The position numbers and the translations under genes are program-made. From Candidatus Omnitrophota bacterium (lineage in GTDB: Bacteria; Omnitrophota; Omnitrophia; Omnitrophales; Aquincolibacteriaceae), in the NCBI GenBank assembly GCA_043718225.1, contig JAYSWD010000022.1, positions 327 to 64,326 of the forward strand: DNA of 64,000 nucleotides, written 5' to 3'. This document shows, piece after piece, positions 1-11,200 of this stretch. Numbering within the stretch: the first letter of the stretch is position 1; each line of letters begins with the position of its first letter. The notes beneath the pieces are model-generated. The model saw nothing but the letters and a program-made list of their open reading frames with translations. It was not told the DNA's origin and made no database searches.

Positions 1-2
1 CT

Positions 3-1454
3 TATTTCGATGTATTTTGGACCGGGCGCATTATTTTCCAGCGCGCATTGGCCGCGATTTACCTGACCGCTTTCATTTCCGTCCTGAATCAATTTCCCGC
101 GCTGCTCGGAGAAAAAGGGCTTTTGCCCGCCGCCGAATTTATCCGCCAGGTTCCTTTCAAAAGCGCGCCCAGCCTTTTTTATCTGGGATATTCCGACCGT
201 TTTTTTACGGTGCTTGCCTGGCTTGGAATTTTAGTCTCATTCGTTTTAATCCTCGGGCTTCTTGAAAAAATGCCGTGGTGGATTTCCACTGTGGCCTGGC
301 TCTCGCTTTGGGTGTTTTATCTTTCGATTGTGAATGTGGGCCAGACCTTTTTCAGTTTCGGCTGGGAATCTATGCTCGTGGAAGCCGGTTTTTTCGCCGC
401 TTTTTTAACATCGCCGCGCATGGCCGCGTCTTTAATTCCGGTTTTAATTCTGCGCTGGATGCTTTTTAGAGTTGAGCTCGGCGCGGGATTGATTAAATTA
501 CGCAGCGACGAATGCTGGCGGAATTTAACCTGCCTCTATTATCATTATGAAACCCAGCCGCTACCGAATCCGCTCAGCTGGTTTTTCCATCAGTTTCCGA
601 ATTGGTTTCAGCGCTTCAGCGTTTTTTTCAGTCATTGTGTGCAAATCATCGTGCCGTTCGGGCTGTTCGCGCCGAAGCGAATCGCCGCGGTTTCGGGCGC
701 GCTGATTATTCTTCATCAGCTTATTTTAATCGTAAGCGGCAACTATTCCTGGCTCAATTGGCTGACGGTGGTTTTAGGTTTGACGGCGCTCGGTGATTCC
801 GTGTGGTCGCTCATTTTTCCTTCGCCAAACGCGGAACCGGGGCGTTCGATTTTTTATTTAGGCACGGTTTACACGTTGGCAGCGGTGACTTTGGTTTTGA
901 GCATTCAGCCCACGCTTAACTTTTTTTCCCGCAACCAATTAATGAATTACAACTACAATCCGCTGCATCTTGTGGGCAGTTATGGCGCCTTCGGAAGCGT
1001 GACCAAGGAGCGGTATGAAATTGTGATCGAGGGAACAGCGGATCAGGTTTTAACGCCGGGCACGCAATGGAAAGAATATGCGTTTAAAGCCAAGCCGGGT
1101 GATATTCACCGCCGGCCGCCGCAAATTGCACCCTACCATTTACGCCTGGATTGGCTGATGTGGTTTTTGCCTTTTTCGGTGCGCATGACACCGGACGGGC
1201 GCCTGGAACATCCTCACGAACTTTGGTTTTTAAGATTTATGCTGAGGCTACTCGAAGCCGACGCGCCGACATTGAAGTTATTGAAGTCATCGCCTTTTCA
1301 AAATAATCCGCCGCAGCATCTGCGCGCGCTATTTTACCGGTATCAATTTACGGATGCATCCGAAAGAAAAGAAACGGGCGCTTGGTGGAAGCGCAAGCTC
1401 GTGGGAGAATATTTGCCGCCCGTCGCGTTGAATCAATTGGAGCGCTTTAGATGA
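3..1454 (+). CDS. Lipase maturation factor (LMF1/DUF1222)-family polytopic membrane protein, 5'-truncated by the window edge
   Basis: The track ORF 48..1454 starts at an internal TTG, and the same frame stays open back to nt 3. FGWESMLVEAGFF and CLYYHYETQPLPNP resemble the conserved WxxLLLExGF and YHYETQ blocks of LMF proteins. Many hydrophobic helices. Confidence 0.7.
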   Translation, partial: YFDVFWTGRIIFQRALAAIYLTAFISVLNQFPALLGEKGLLPAAEFIRQVPFKSAPSLFYLGYSDRFFTVLAWLGILVSFVLILGLLEKMPWWISTVAWLSLWVFYLSIVNVGQTFFSFGWESMLVEAGFFAAFLTSPRMAASLIPVLILRWMLFRVELGAGLIKLRSDECWRNLTCLYYHYETQPLPNPLSWFFHQFPNWFQRFSVFFSHCVQIIVPFGLFAPKRIAAVSGALIILHQLILIVSGNYSWLNWLTVVLGLTALGDSVWSLIFPSPNAEPGRSIFYLGTVYTLAAVTLVLSIQPTLNFFSRNQLMNYNYNPLHLVGSYGAFGSVTKERYEIVIEGTADQVLTPGTQWKEYAFKAKPGDIHRRPPQIAPYHLRLDWLMWFLPFSVRMTPDGRLEHPHELWFLRFMLRLLEADAPTLKLLKSSPFQNNPPQHLRALFYRYQFTDASERKETGAWWKRKLVGEYLPPVALNQLERFR

Positions 1455-1816
1455 TCAAAGATATTCCAATCATGCTTTTTGACGGCGACTGCGGGTTTTG
1501 CCGCAGATGGATTGAGAAGTGGCGGAAGGCAACCGCGCCGCGCGTGGCGTATGAGCCTTATCAGAAAGAACTGATGAATTATCCGCAGTTAAGCGAAGCG
1601 CAATGCCGCGAAGCGGTTCAATTGATCATGCCGGATGGAACAGTTTTATCCGGCGCCAAAGCGGTGTTAAAAGCGCTTCAAATCGGCGGAAAAGACGAAG
1701 GTTTATTCTGGAGCTATGAGCATGTCCCTCTTTTTGCGCCCGCAGCGGAATGGTGCTATCGACTTGTGGCGCATAACCGCACTTTCTTTTCGAATTTATT
1801 GCCGCCGAAATCTTGA
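1451..1816 (+). CDS. DCC-family (DUF393) thiol-disulfide oxidoreductase
   Basis: N-terminal FDGDCGFCRRW (DGxCxxC) motif and ~120 aa size. 4-nt ATGA overlap with the upstream LMF-like gene. Confidence 0.75.
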   Translation: MIKDIPIMLFDGDCGFCRRWIEKWRKATAPRVAYEPYQKELMNYPQLSEAQCREAVQLIMPDGTVLSGAKAVLKALQIGGKDEGLFWSYEHVPLFAPAAEWCYRLVAHNRTFFSNLLPPKS

Positions 1817-1861
1817 ACGAAACATTGCCGACAAAAATATTTTTAGCGAAACTTCGCGCAT
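1812..1861 (+). repeat. Left copy of a ~50-nt direct repeat flanking the giant gene
   Basis: cttgaacgaaacattgccgacaaaaatatttttagcgaaacttcgcgcat matches 24348..24397 at 45/50 positions by my count (offset 22,536 nt). It starts at the DCC gene's stop codon and ends at ATA where the right copy has the ATG of the S9 peptidase. Confidence 0.9.
1813..1841 (+). promoter_or_regulatory. Candidate sigma70-like promoter inside the left repeat (TTGAAC-N17-AATATT)
   Basis: Both hexamers and the spacing are conserved in both repeat copies. The -10 matches consensus at only 4/6. About 290 nt upstream of the giant ORF's start. Confidence 0.3.
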
Positions 1862-2128
1862 AGAAAACGCAACAACAAGAAAAAAACGAATCCATTCATA
1901 AAAGGCGCGGTAGTAGACATGCCGCGGCTGTTGTCCTTTTCGTCCCTCTCAGCCCCCCTGTTAGCTCGTTTTGCATTTGATTTTTTTAATCTAGGCTCAA
2001 TCATAATGCTAGTAATTTCATCTTTTTGACAGTCCGCTTTAGTTTGTCCTCGTAGTTATTTTTTGGGTTATGTGGAAAAATAGCCGACCCTATGTTACTT
2101 TTCATTATCATTTACAAATTTTGAAATT

Positions 2129-2224
2129 ATGAATACAAAAACACCATTTTATAAAGGAATTTCTGCATTTACGGTAGCCGCCGTGTGCTTGACGCAGATT
2201 TTCTTCGAGCAGCCCGCTCTGGCG
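2129..2224 (+). other. Predicted signal peptide of the giant protein
   Basis: MNTKTPFYKGISAFTVAAVCLTQIFFEQPALA|Q has a basic N-region, a hydrophobic core and an A-L-A cleavage-type motif. Confidence 0.6.
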
Positions 2225-5200
2225 CAAATGCCGGAAACGCCGCGCGCTTTAAAAGCTGCCGCGGCGTTTCAAATCGAAATTCCTCCCGAGCTCGGAAGAA
2301 TCGAAACCATTACTTCCGGAACCGGTCCCGTTTTCATCCACATCCAGGAAGCGCACGGGGATTATGAGTCGCAGAAGAAAATCGAAGCCTTACTGCATTA
2401 TCTAAAAAAACAGTACGGCGTGAAGCTTGTTCTGGTTGAAGGCAGCGCCGCGCAGCTTCATCCGGAGATTTTGAATTTTTTCCCCGCTGATCCCGCTGCG
2501 ACAAATAAAGTCTTGGACGCATTGGCGCGCGAGGCCTGGGCCAAGGGCACCGAAAGTTTTCTCGTGTCCGATAAAGAAACCGCGGCCTACGGTATCGAAA
2601 CATTCGGAAGCTATTTAAAAAACGCACGGCAATTTCAAACAATTTTAGGGCGCCGTAATGAAACGGCAGATTTTATCGATGCGCTGCAGTCGCGCATGCA
2701 GCAGCTCGCGTCGGTTTTACTTAATAAAAATTTGCGGTCTTTTCTCAGGCGCCGGCAGAGTTATGATGAAAAAGAACTGCCGCTTGCGGAATGGGTAGAG
2801 GCCTTGAAAGGCGAAGCCCGCAAAACTCTGAAAATTGACTTAACCGATCCGCTTTATCAGCTCGATTGGCCGATGTTTTTAAGGCTTTCCAAGCTCCAGG
2901 AATTCGAGACGGCGCTGGATTTTAAATCACTGCCGGCTGAGCGGCGCCGCTTTTTAAAATCTATCCGCCGGTTTTGCCCGGGCCTTATCTATCAAAAAAT
3001 TGAAGCGCTATTATCTTTGCCGCTTTCGCGCAACAATCTCTCCGACCCCGAAACCGGCATGCTGATTGAAAGCATGGTTTCCTATTTACCTGCAAATTTT
3101 AATTATGCTGCTTACCCGAACCTGAACCGTTTTATCGGACATTTGATCATGCAAAGCGAATTAAAAGGCGCCTTGCTTGCGGCTGAGATTGAAAAATTAG
3201 CGGCGCAGACTGCCGAGGCTTTGACGGAAAATCCGGTGGAAAAAGAGTTTCTGGATTTAGCCGCGGATTACCGTGCGATCCGTAAAATTTTTGATTTGGA
3301 ATTGAGTACGGAAGATTACGAGAATTTTTCGTCCGCGGAAGCCAGAGAACGGTTATTACCGTCGCACTTGCATCAACGGCTGAGCTCTTTTGAAAAAACG
3401 AACAGGGGCGAATCACTTGCTGCCATGGATGCAATGTTTACGCAAATCATGGAATTTTATGCGGGCGCCAAAAACCGTGACGGCCAAATGGCAGGACATA
3501 TTCTTGAACGCATGCGGCAAACTGGCGAAACCAAAGCGGTTATTCTGACCGGCGGGTTCCATTCGAAAGGTTTGGGAGATTTTTTGCGCGCGCACAACGC
3601 GAATTACGCTTTAATCAGCCCGGTGATTGAAGGGTTAGCGCACCGTGATGAATATTTTAAAACGTTTCTGGAAACCAGTTTTGATTCCGCCGGTCATTCC
3701 GCGGTGATGCGCCCCTGGCTTGCCGATTATAAAAATTTTCCGTGGTCTCCGGTTTTTGATCAGGCCCGCGCTGCGGCTGTAAACCGCTTTAAGCCGGAAA
3801 ATACAATTCTGCAAACAAGGGCCGGCGTGCATGAGCCGGATTTGACAGAAAAAGAGACCCGACACCGGACTGCGCCCGCACTGCCGGAATCGTTTTATGA
3901 CTTTGCCCCCGGCGGCCCGATTGCTTTTGTCGCTCGGTCTGAAATGCGTTTTTTAAACAACGGAATCTTCATATCAGCCGGAATATTTTTCAGCCGGTTG
4001 GCGCGACCTTTCGTCGAATTTATAAAATGGTATGGTGCGTGTCTACGGGAAACTCCAAGTCTGAGCCAGGTTGCCGACGAAGAATGGATCCGCTGGTGGA
4101 AAGAGGCGCCCACGGAAGAAGTTGCCAGAAAGATGGAACAAACGCTGAGAAAAGGAGAAAAGCTTTTTTCAAGATTCAAAACGAGGATCGACTCGTTGGG
4201 AAACCGCGGCACGCGGGGTTACGAAAGACGGCGTGAAGACGCGCAAACGGTTTTGTTTGATGAAATTCTTCCGGTTCTCCGGCACCAAGATTTTATTTTG
4301 GATATTTTAAAAAATCGCCGCGCCCAAAATGACGGCTGGGGTGCAACGATAGCAGCATTTGATAGTTTATTCCAAGAGGCGCGCAAAAAATATTACGGCT
4401 ACGAATCTCTTATAGGGCGATCTTTGCCGCTGCCGCAAAGACTCGCGGGACAACTGCCGGTCTCGGTTACTCATGATTTGAAAGTAGCCTTAGAAGAAGC
4501 GCGGCAACTTTTTTCAAAACTAAAAAAATTCGGCACATGGTTTAAATGGCTGCAAAAATCCGATAAAGAATTCTTTATCGGTAAAATTGTTCCGGCTTTT
4601 CTGGATCTAAAGACCATTGCGGAACTTTTGGAAGAACGCGGTCTTCAACATGGCGGCTTAACCGGTGCCATCGCCGAGTTTTCCCCTTTATATGAAAAGG
4701 CGCGCGCAAGAACCGGCGTTGATTTTTCTCAAGCATATGCCGCGTCAAACAAAAAATATGAAGAGTTATATGCGAGAGAAAAAGCAAAGTTCGGAGTTCC
4801 CACTACACTCCAGGAATTTATCCCTCGCCGCCAAGAAAAGAGCCCGTGGTTGGAAAAAATCGAAGCGGCCTTATCCAGAATACCTGTCAAAAGCCCGCCG
4901 GAGGATACGTCCGTGCCGCCCAAGTCGCCCCCTGTCGAGACCCCAAAAAGCGATGGAGGAGGAAACTATTATTTGATTCGAATACTGCAGCGCGCTATTG
5001 ATCAAGATATGGAAGCGGCTCGGAAATTGGACGGTCGCGAAGAAGCTTCAGTCACAAAGGAAACCCTATTTGCTCAAATCAAAAAGAATTTGGAAAAACT
5101 GAATGAAGCTTTACAAGGTCTTCGCGTAGAAGCGGCCCAAAATTCCGCTCGAGCATCCACTCAAACTGTCTCTCAGCGCGTGCAACAGGTTTACCGGAAC

Positions 5201-8200
5201 AATCAGCGCGCTTATCTGTTGGAAAGTTCCGATGCAGCAAGGCTCGTTCTAAAGCTGGAGCGCGCCAGAATCGAATATCAAAACAGGTTAGATGCCCTGC
5301 CGAGCAGAGCAATTTCCGCAAAGAAAGCCCTGCTGGCCACAATCGAAGAAATTGTAAAAATGAAGAATATAGCATCCCAACTTCGCGCGTATGAGGCCCA
5401 AAATTCCGCGCCGGATACCAATGGCGTGCTGCGGCTTGCGGCGGAAATAAATGACCGGCGTTCCCAGCGCAGCAACCCTGGCAAGGCAGCAAGACGCAGG
5501 CAGAAGTATCTCTCGGAACGCACACGCATTGAGGCTCTGGCTGCTCCACCCATCATTGGCGCGATACCAGATAAGCAACTTTTACAGCTTGCCCGCGAGC
5601 ATGAGGCTAACCGGCTAAAAGAACTATCTAACGAGTTGGAGCGCATCCGCCGGCAGCAAAAATTAGCGAGAGATTTGGAGCAAGGCGCGAATATGTCTCA
5701 AGATTCCGCCGGCATAAAGTACCAAGATACCCTCGCTTTACGGCGGTCTTATGCTGAAGACTGGGCGCGGAGACCTTACACGAGCGAACCTTCTTGGCGG
5801 TTTGTTGATGGTTGGGCGCAAAAGGATGGCACGGAAGAAAGTCCCCCCAGACAGTCAGAGGATGAGGACTCAGGGTCTTATGCAGGAAAATCTTACTGGC
5901 AGCGGCAGTATGGTGAACGCGACCGCGCAATCGAGGATTATCTCAACCGAGCGCAAATGACTTTTGAAGCGCTTCAGAAGCGCCGGGGTTTACTGAATCA
6001 TCGAAGAATAGTTGCGCAGAACACACGGGAAAAAATAGAAGGAAAACTGAGGCAAGCCGAATTTTCGCTTCGCCTTGTCAGCGTGCGCCGGAATTTGGCC
6101 GCAGCCTTTTTGGATGACGGAGATGTGGACTCAGCCGCGCATGAATGGAAAGCGGCGGACGCGGCGTTGAGACACATGGGAGGGCAGCAAACCGAGCTGA
6201 GCATAGAGGTCGAACGACATCAAAGAGTTATGGACACCAGACAAAAACTGTTACGCGCAGGGCTTGAATGGGCTGAAAAGGATGCAGGCGAGCTCACAGC
6301 CATCGGCCGGCCGCTTTTTTCCGGAGAAGAAAGAGAACCGGCAATGGCTGGAGCACTCGCCCGGCTCAATCGAATGCTGCCGGGGGATGAAAAAAAAGAA
6401 ACAAAAATGCGCCGGTTGTTTAATAAACTTTTGCGGCTGTCTCATGCGGCACAGCCTTTAACCCAATCCAAACGCGAGATTTCAAAGCTTCTAAAGGCAC
6501 TTAAGCACAAGCAAAGTCTCAAGGCGCTGGCGGATCATCAAAGCTATTTGGCGGCCCTCTTAGCGCAAACTTCTGAACTTGATTTTTCTTTGTACGCCGA
6601 AGCGAAAGAACTAGCCGAAAAGTTGCGGAAATTTGCCGACAGAACCGCGGCATGGGACGAGGCTATACCCGAAAGTGTGGGACCGGCCTATGATTTGGGC
6701 CAGAAGCTGGCGGCCTTTACTATTAAGTTAAGACAAGCCTTTGAAAAATGGATAGAAGAAGAAAGCCCGCACAGCGAATGGATGGATGGCCAAGTCCGTG
6801 CAATGAACGGCCGTGTTCATGATGCACGGGAAATAATTGATGCCGTCACGGACGGTGAAAGGACGCTGCGGGAAAAAATCGAAATGGCCGGAAGTTTACA
6901 AAGCAGCGTAATGAGCGCCGCGCTTGAGGTTCAGACGCTGCGGAGCCAATGGACGGCGATTGCAAACGGACAGGCGGCTGAAATAGGCAAGAAGGACGGT
7001 TCGCAAGCGGCGCATGCGCTTTTGCAGAAAGCGGAAACAGCGCTGCGAATAAAATTAGAAAAAGCCCGCCAAGCCGCTGCCGGATTTGATCAACTCGGCG
7101 TTCCTAAAAATGAAAGGGTATTAGCGGCCCTGCGGCAAATCAAAAAAGACAATGAAACTGCGGAACGCATCTTGGCATCCGCGCGAGTGCAAGTCATCAA
7201 TCAGGAAGCGGAGCTGCTTTTGGCGCGTATTCCGGAGCCCGCGGCCTTGGCAGATTTATATCATAAAAATCCAGCGGCCGTATTGGCGCGCCTGGAAGAA
7301 GCGGATGCCGCAATAGCCTTTTTGGCGCTGCTGGAACCTCAAGCGCGAGTTGCGGATCAAAACTTAATCGCCGGCTATCAAAATATTACATATGTGCCAA
7401 GTGATGTCCTTTGCAATGTGGATCGCCTCCATAACGATGCGCAGCAAAGGAGAGCACAGGGTCAAATCGTTCTGGATCTTTTGAAAACTGCAACCCGATT
7501 GCATGTACGGGCTGTCATGATAACTCACTTGCCGGCCGGTGTTGCTTCTGTTCCGGAAATCAAAAGTCTTGAAAAATTACGTGGCGGCCTTGAATCCATC
7601 GGAAGCGAATTGGCCGAGCGGGGAATGATCAATCATCCGGCGGTTGCCGGCGCTATAAAAGCGGTTCAAACCGGCATTGCCGCGCGGCAGGCCTTCCTTA
7701 GAGCCCGGGCGGAAAAAGAAAAAGAGTGGCAGGATGTACGCAAACACGCGGCGCTGCTTTATAAAAATATGTTGGATAACAGAAGGCAGGTTCATGGAGT
7801 TGCGGCAATTGTCGCGGTTTTAGATTCGGCACCCGGCTCTTTAAGGGGAATGTTCGCGCAATCAAAAGATGCGTTAGTCCGTTTACGCGGGTTGGCGCTG
7901 GCAGCCCACCGCTTGAATGGCCGGCTGATCAAATTAGAAATGACAGATGAAACCGCGCTTGCCGGTATTTTAGATGAAGTGCGGCAAGCCGCTGATCCAG
8001 CAGACCGGCAAATCCAGCGGGCGCGCCGGGCCGTGGAACTTTTAACTCAAGCCAAAACCGTTTCGGAGCAGGCCGCGGTACTTTCTGAAAGTATGCCGTC
8101 ACCTTTGGCTGTCGCCGCACTTTTCAACCGGCAAGGTGAAAAAGCTTTTGCTGTTGTGCGCCGCATGGTGCAGGAACAGGAAAGTCAATTCGAACAATTA

Positions 8201-11200
8201 CAACATCGATTGGATAACCTGCAACAAAAAATCGAAGCCGAAATGTTTAAAAAAGAAAACCTGGTTGATGAAGCGCTGCAGAGAGAGCAAAAGAAAACAG
8301 CAGCGGCAAAAGATCGCCTTGTCGCCGCCGGGCGGGAGGTTGAAGCGGCCATCGATGTCATTTCAAGCATAACGCAGGCCGCTGTCCGGACCGAGATACT
8401 TTTCCGGCAGTTGCGCACGCTAAATCCGAAGCGAATCGACGGGTTTTTTAAGCAGGGCGGTTTTAAGTTGGTGGCGGACCAAATGCGCCAACGCGAACAA
8501 AATTTCAAACGCGATTATCGGAAAGCATTACAAGAACATCATATCGCCGAAGCCCTTCAAGATGCCCGGCGGTGGGGAATTCTGGAAATTCCGGCGCTAG
8601 CCGCCCCATTCAAACTCATCGATGCGGCGCCGGCAAGGTTTGCAGCCTTTGTGTCGCCTTTGCTGGACCGTGCCGCGCGCCGCCAAACCGCTTCTGATCT
8701 TTTGGATGAGGCGCGGCGATACAAACAGACGGTTCTTGCACTGACGGAACAGGAAAAAATTAGAGATGAATATTTGCAGCAAGGCGGTAGCGCGGGCGCC
8801 CATTCTTTGGTTCAGGAAGCACGCGACATTCTTACGGATCAAATCAAAACCCGCGCGCAGCGTGCCCGGGAAGCTTTAGCTCCAGATGCCGATTTACAGC
8901 CGGAAGTTGCGCGCGAATTCGAACAAATTATAAATTCGGCCAACCAAGCCATCGAAGACGCCGGAAATCAAATTTCAAAAAGCGAAGCAGACAGCCGCCA
9001 GGCCGCTCAAGAAGCCGCGACGAAAACGAAAAACTTGCGCTTGCAAATTACGGCACAATTAGGCCGGGCAGGTGATTTGTTTGCGGAAATTGACAGAGCT
9101 TTTTTAAAGCCGGGCGGAAGTTTGAACGCTTGGGAGCTCATTACGCGCGCGCGTGTGGCTGCGGAAAGAATGTCAGTCCATTTGACAAGGATTCGCGTCG
9201 AAGCCTCAAGACTTCCCGAAAAAACCACAACGCTTCAAAGCTTGATGCAAGCCGAAAAAAACCGGCGCGCAATTCGATATTTATTGCAAGCGGCGGCGAA
9301 GCATCTGCTTGAGTTAGAAGAAAAAAGCCGGTTTGCCGCCTTGACAGCCGCTCTTCAGGCTTCTGTCAGACAGCAGGTCATTGAAAGGATATTTGCCGAA
9401 GGCGGTCAACAATTTGGCTTTTTAAAGCGTATTTATCTCGAGTCCGGCAGCTCTCAAGCGCGCGAATTGCTTGAAAAAGCGCAAGCATTGGCGGGGCCGA
9501 ATAGGGCGAATGAATTACCGCGCGGCAGTACGGGGTTCAGGGCGGATTTCACCGTCGCCGCCGAAGAAGAAAACCGTTTCCCGAAAGTTAAACGCCAGGG
9601 CCACGAGGCCGCCATTCAAGAAAACTGGCAGGTGGCAAGCGTGCTATTACAGCAGGCCGCCCGCGAGGTGGAAAGACTCAAACAACAAAGCCGTGCAGAA
9701 TCTGTTCAAGCGGCTTCATCTTCGGGTAAGCTGCATGACGAAATTGAAGCCGCTTTGGGTGATCCGACTCAGCCGTTAATTCATATCCGTGACATTTACC
9801 TTAAGCAAGGTGCCGCCGCCGCGCGGAATACGGTTCGGGAACTGGAAATAAAAGCGCATGGTTTTATTCCTTTGGGCGTGACGGCTGTGACTGCGGCGCG
9901 CCGGCTGCCGGAACAAACCGTGCTGGATAACCGCCGCAAAATCGCAAATGACCGTCTCGCTATCCGGCAGCAAATCCGCGAGGCGCGGCGCATGATCGCT
10001 GTGATGGAAAATCAAAGTGTCCAAGTTTCCGCAAGAACCGAGCAAGCCGCGGAATATTTGGCGAAACGGATTCAAAGCGATTTGAAACGGGTGATTTCGC
10101 ATTATTTGGATGAGACAAAAGGAGCGGCAGTTGCGGAAAGCGATATCGCAGCTGCGGAAAAATCCGCCGAAAATTTTAACAGGCTGCTTGGGACGGCGCA
10201 AATGGCATGGGAGCAATTGCAATATGCATACGGCGAAATATTCGTATGGTTCGATTTACAAAAAATCAAACAACATCAAGCAGCGGTGCGTCAAGCGCTG
10301 ACGGATGCGAGACAGGCGCTTGAAAATACGAAAAACGCCAGCCGTGTCATTGCTTTTCTGGCCGACCAAGATGCTTCAAGGCTTTATGCGCTATCAATCC
10401 CAAGTTTCGGTGATAAAAGCGATCAATTTGCGCATGTACGCCGCATTTTCTTCAGCGAAGGCAGTGCCGCTGCACATGAACATGTCCGCCGAATTCAAAT
10501 AGCCTCCGAAGCATTCGATGGTTACGTCACTGACAGCGAACGCGAAAAAAACCGGCTGCCCGAACAGTTAATAATTGATCAACACAATCGAGTTGCGGCT
10601 TATCGAACCAGGGTTGCGGCACAATCCCGCATAGCTTTCAATTTGATCGAAAGTTTTGAAGCCACAGTTGAACAGCAGGCAGCCGCTGCGGGCGTCGAAT
10701 CTGCTGCGGCGCTGCGCAGGTTGAATCAAACGCTGATAACGGTGCAGGATATTATCGATCAACAAGGGCCTTTGGCGCAGGCGCAAAATGCGGTCAAACA
10801 AGCGCGCGAACAACTTGCCATCATCCTCGACCAGCAGCAAAGAATCGTGGATTTAGCAGGCATTTTTAATTCAGAGCGCGTGCTCGCAGCGAACGGCCAA
10901 GCAGCTCAAAATGCAATCAATGCGAATTCTGCCATCGCTAATGCAGAAGGGAGGATTGCGAAAGAAATCTGGAGCATTCATTTGCAATCATCTCAAGACA
11001 TGGCTGCGGCCGAGCAGATTGCGGGTGAAATTAAGCAGGAGGTCGAGGGCCAGTCAGTCGCGGTTTATTTTTCTCAAGGAAGCGCCGCCGCGGGCGGCCG
11101 GGTTGCGGAAGGCGAAAAACGGGCAGCAGATATCGAATTGCTTGAAAGCAATGCCGCCAGACGTTTACGGCGGCTCGATGACGATACTACGCGCACGTAT

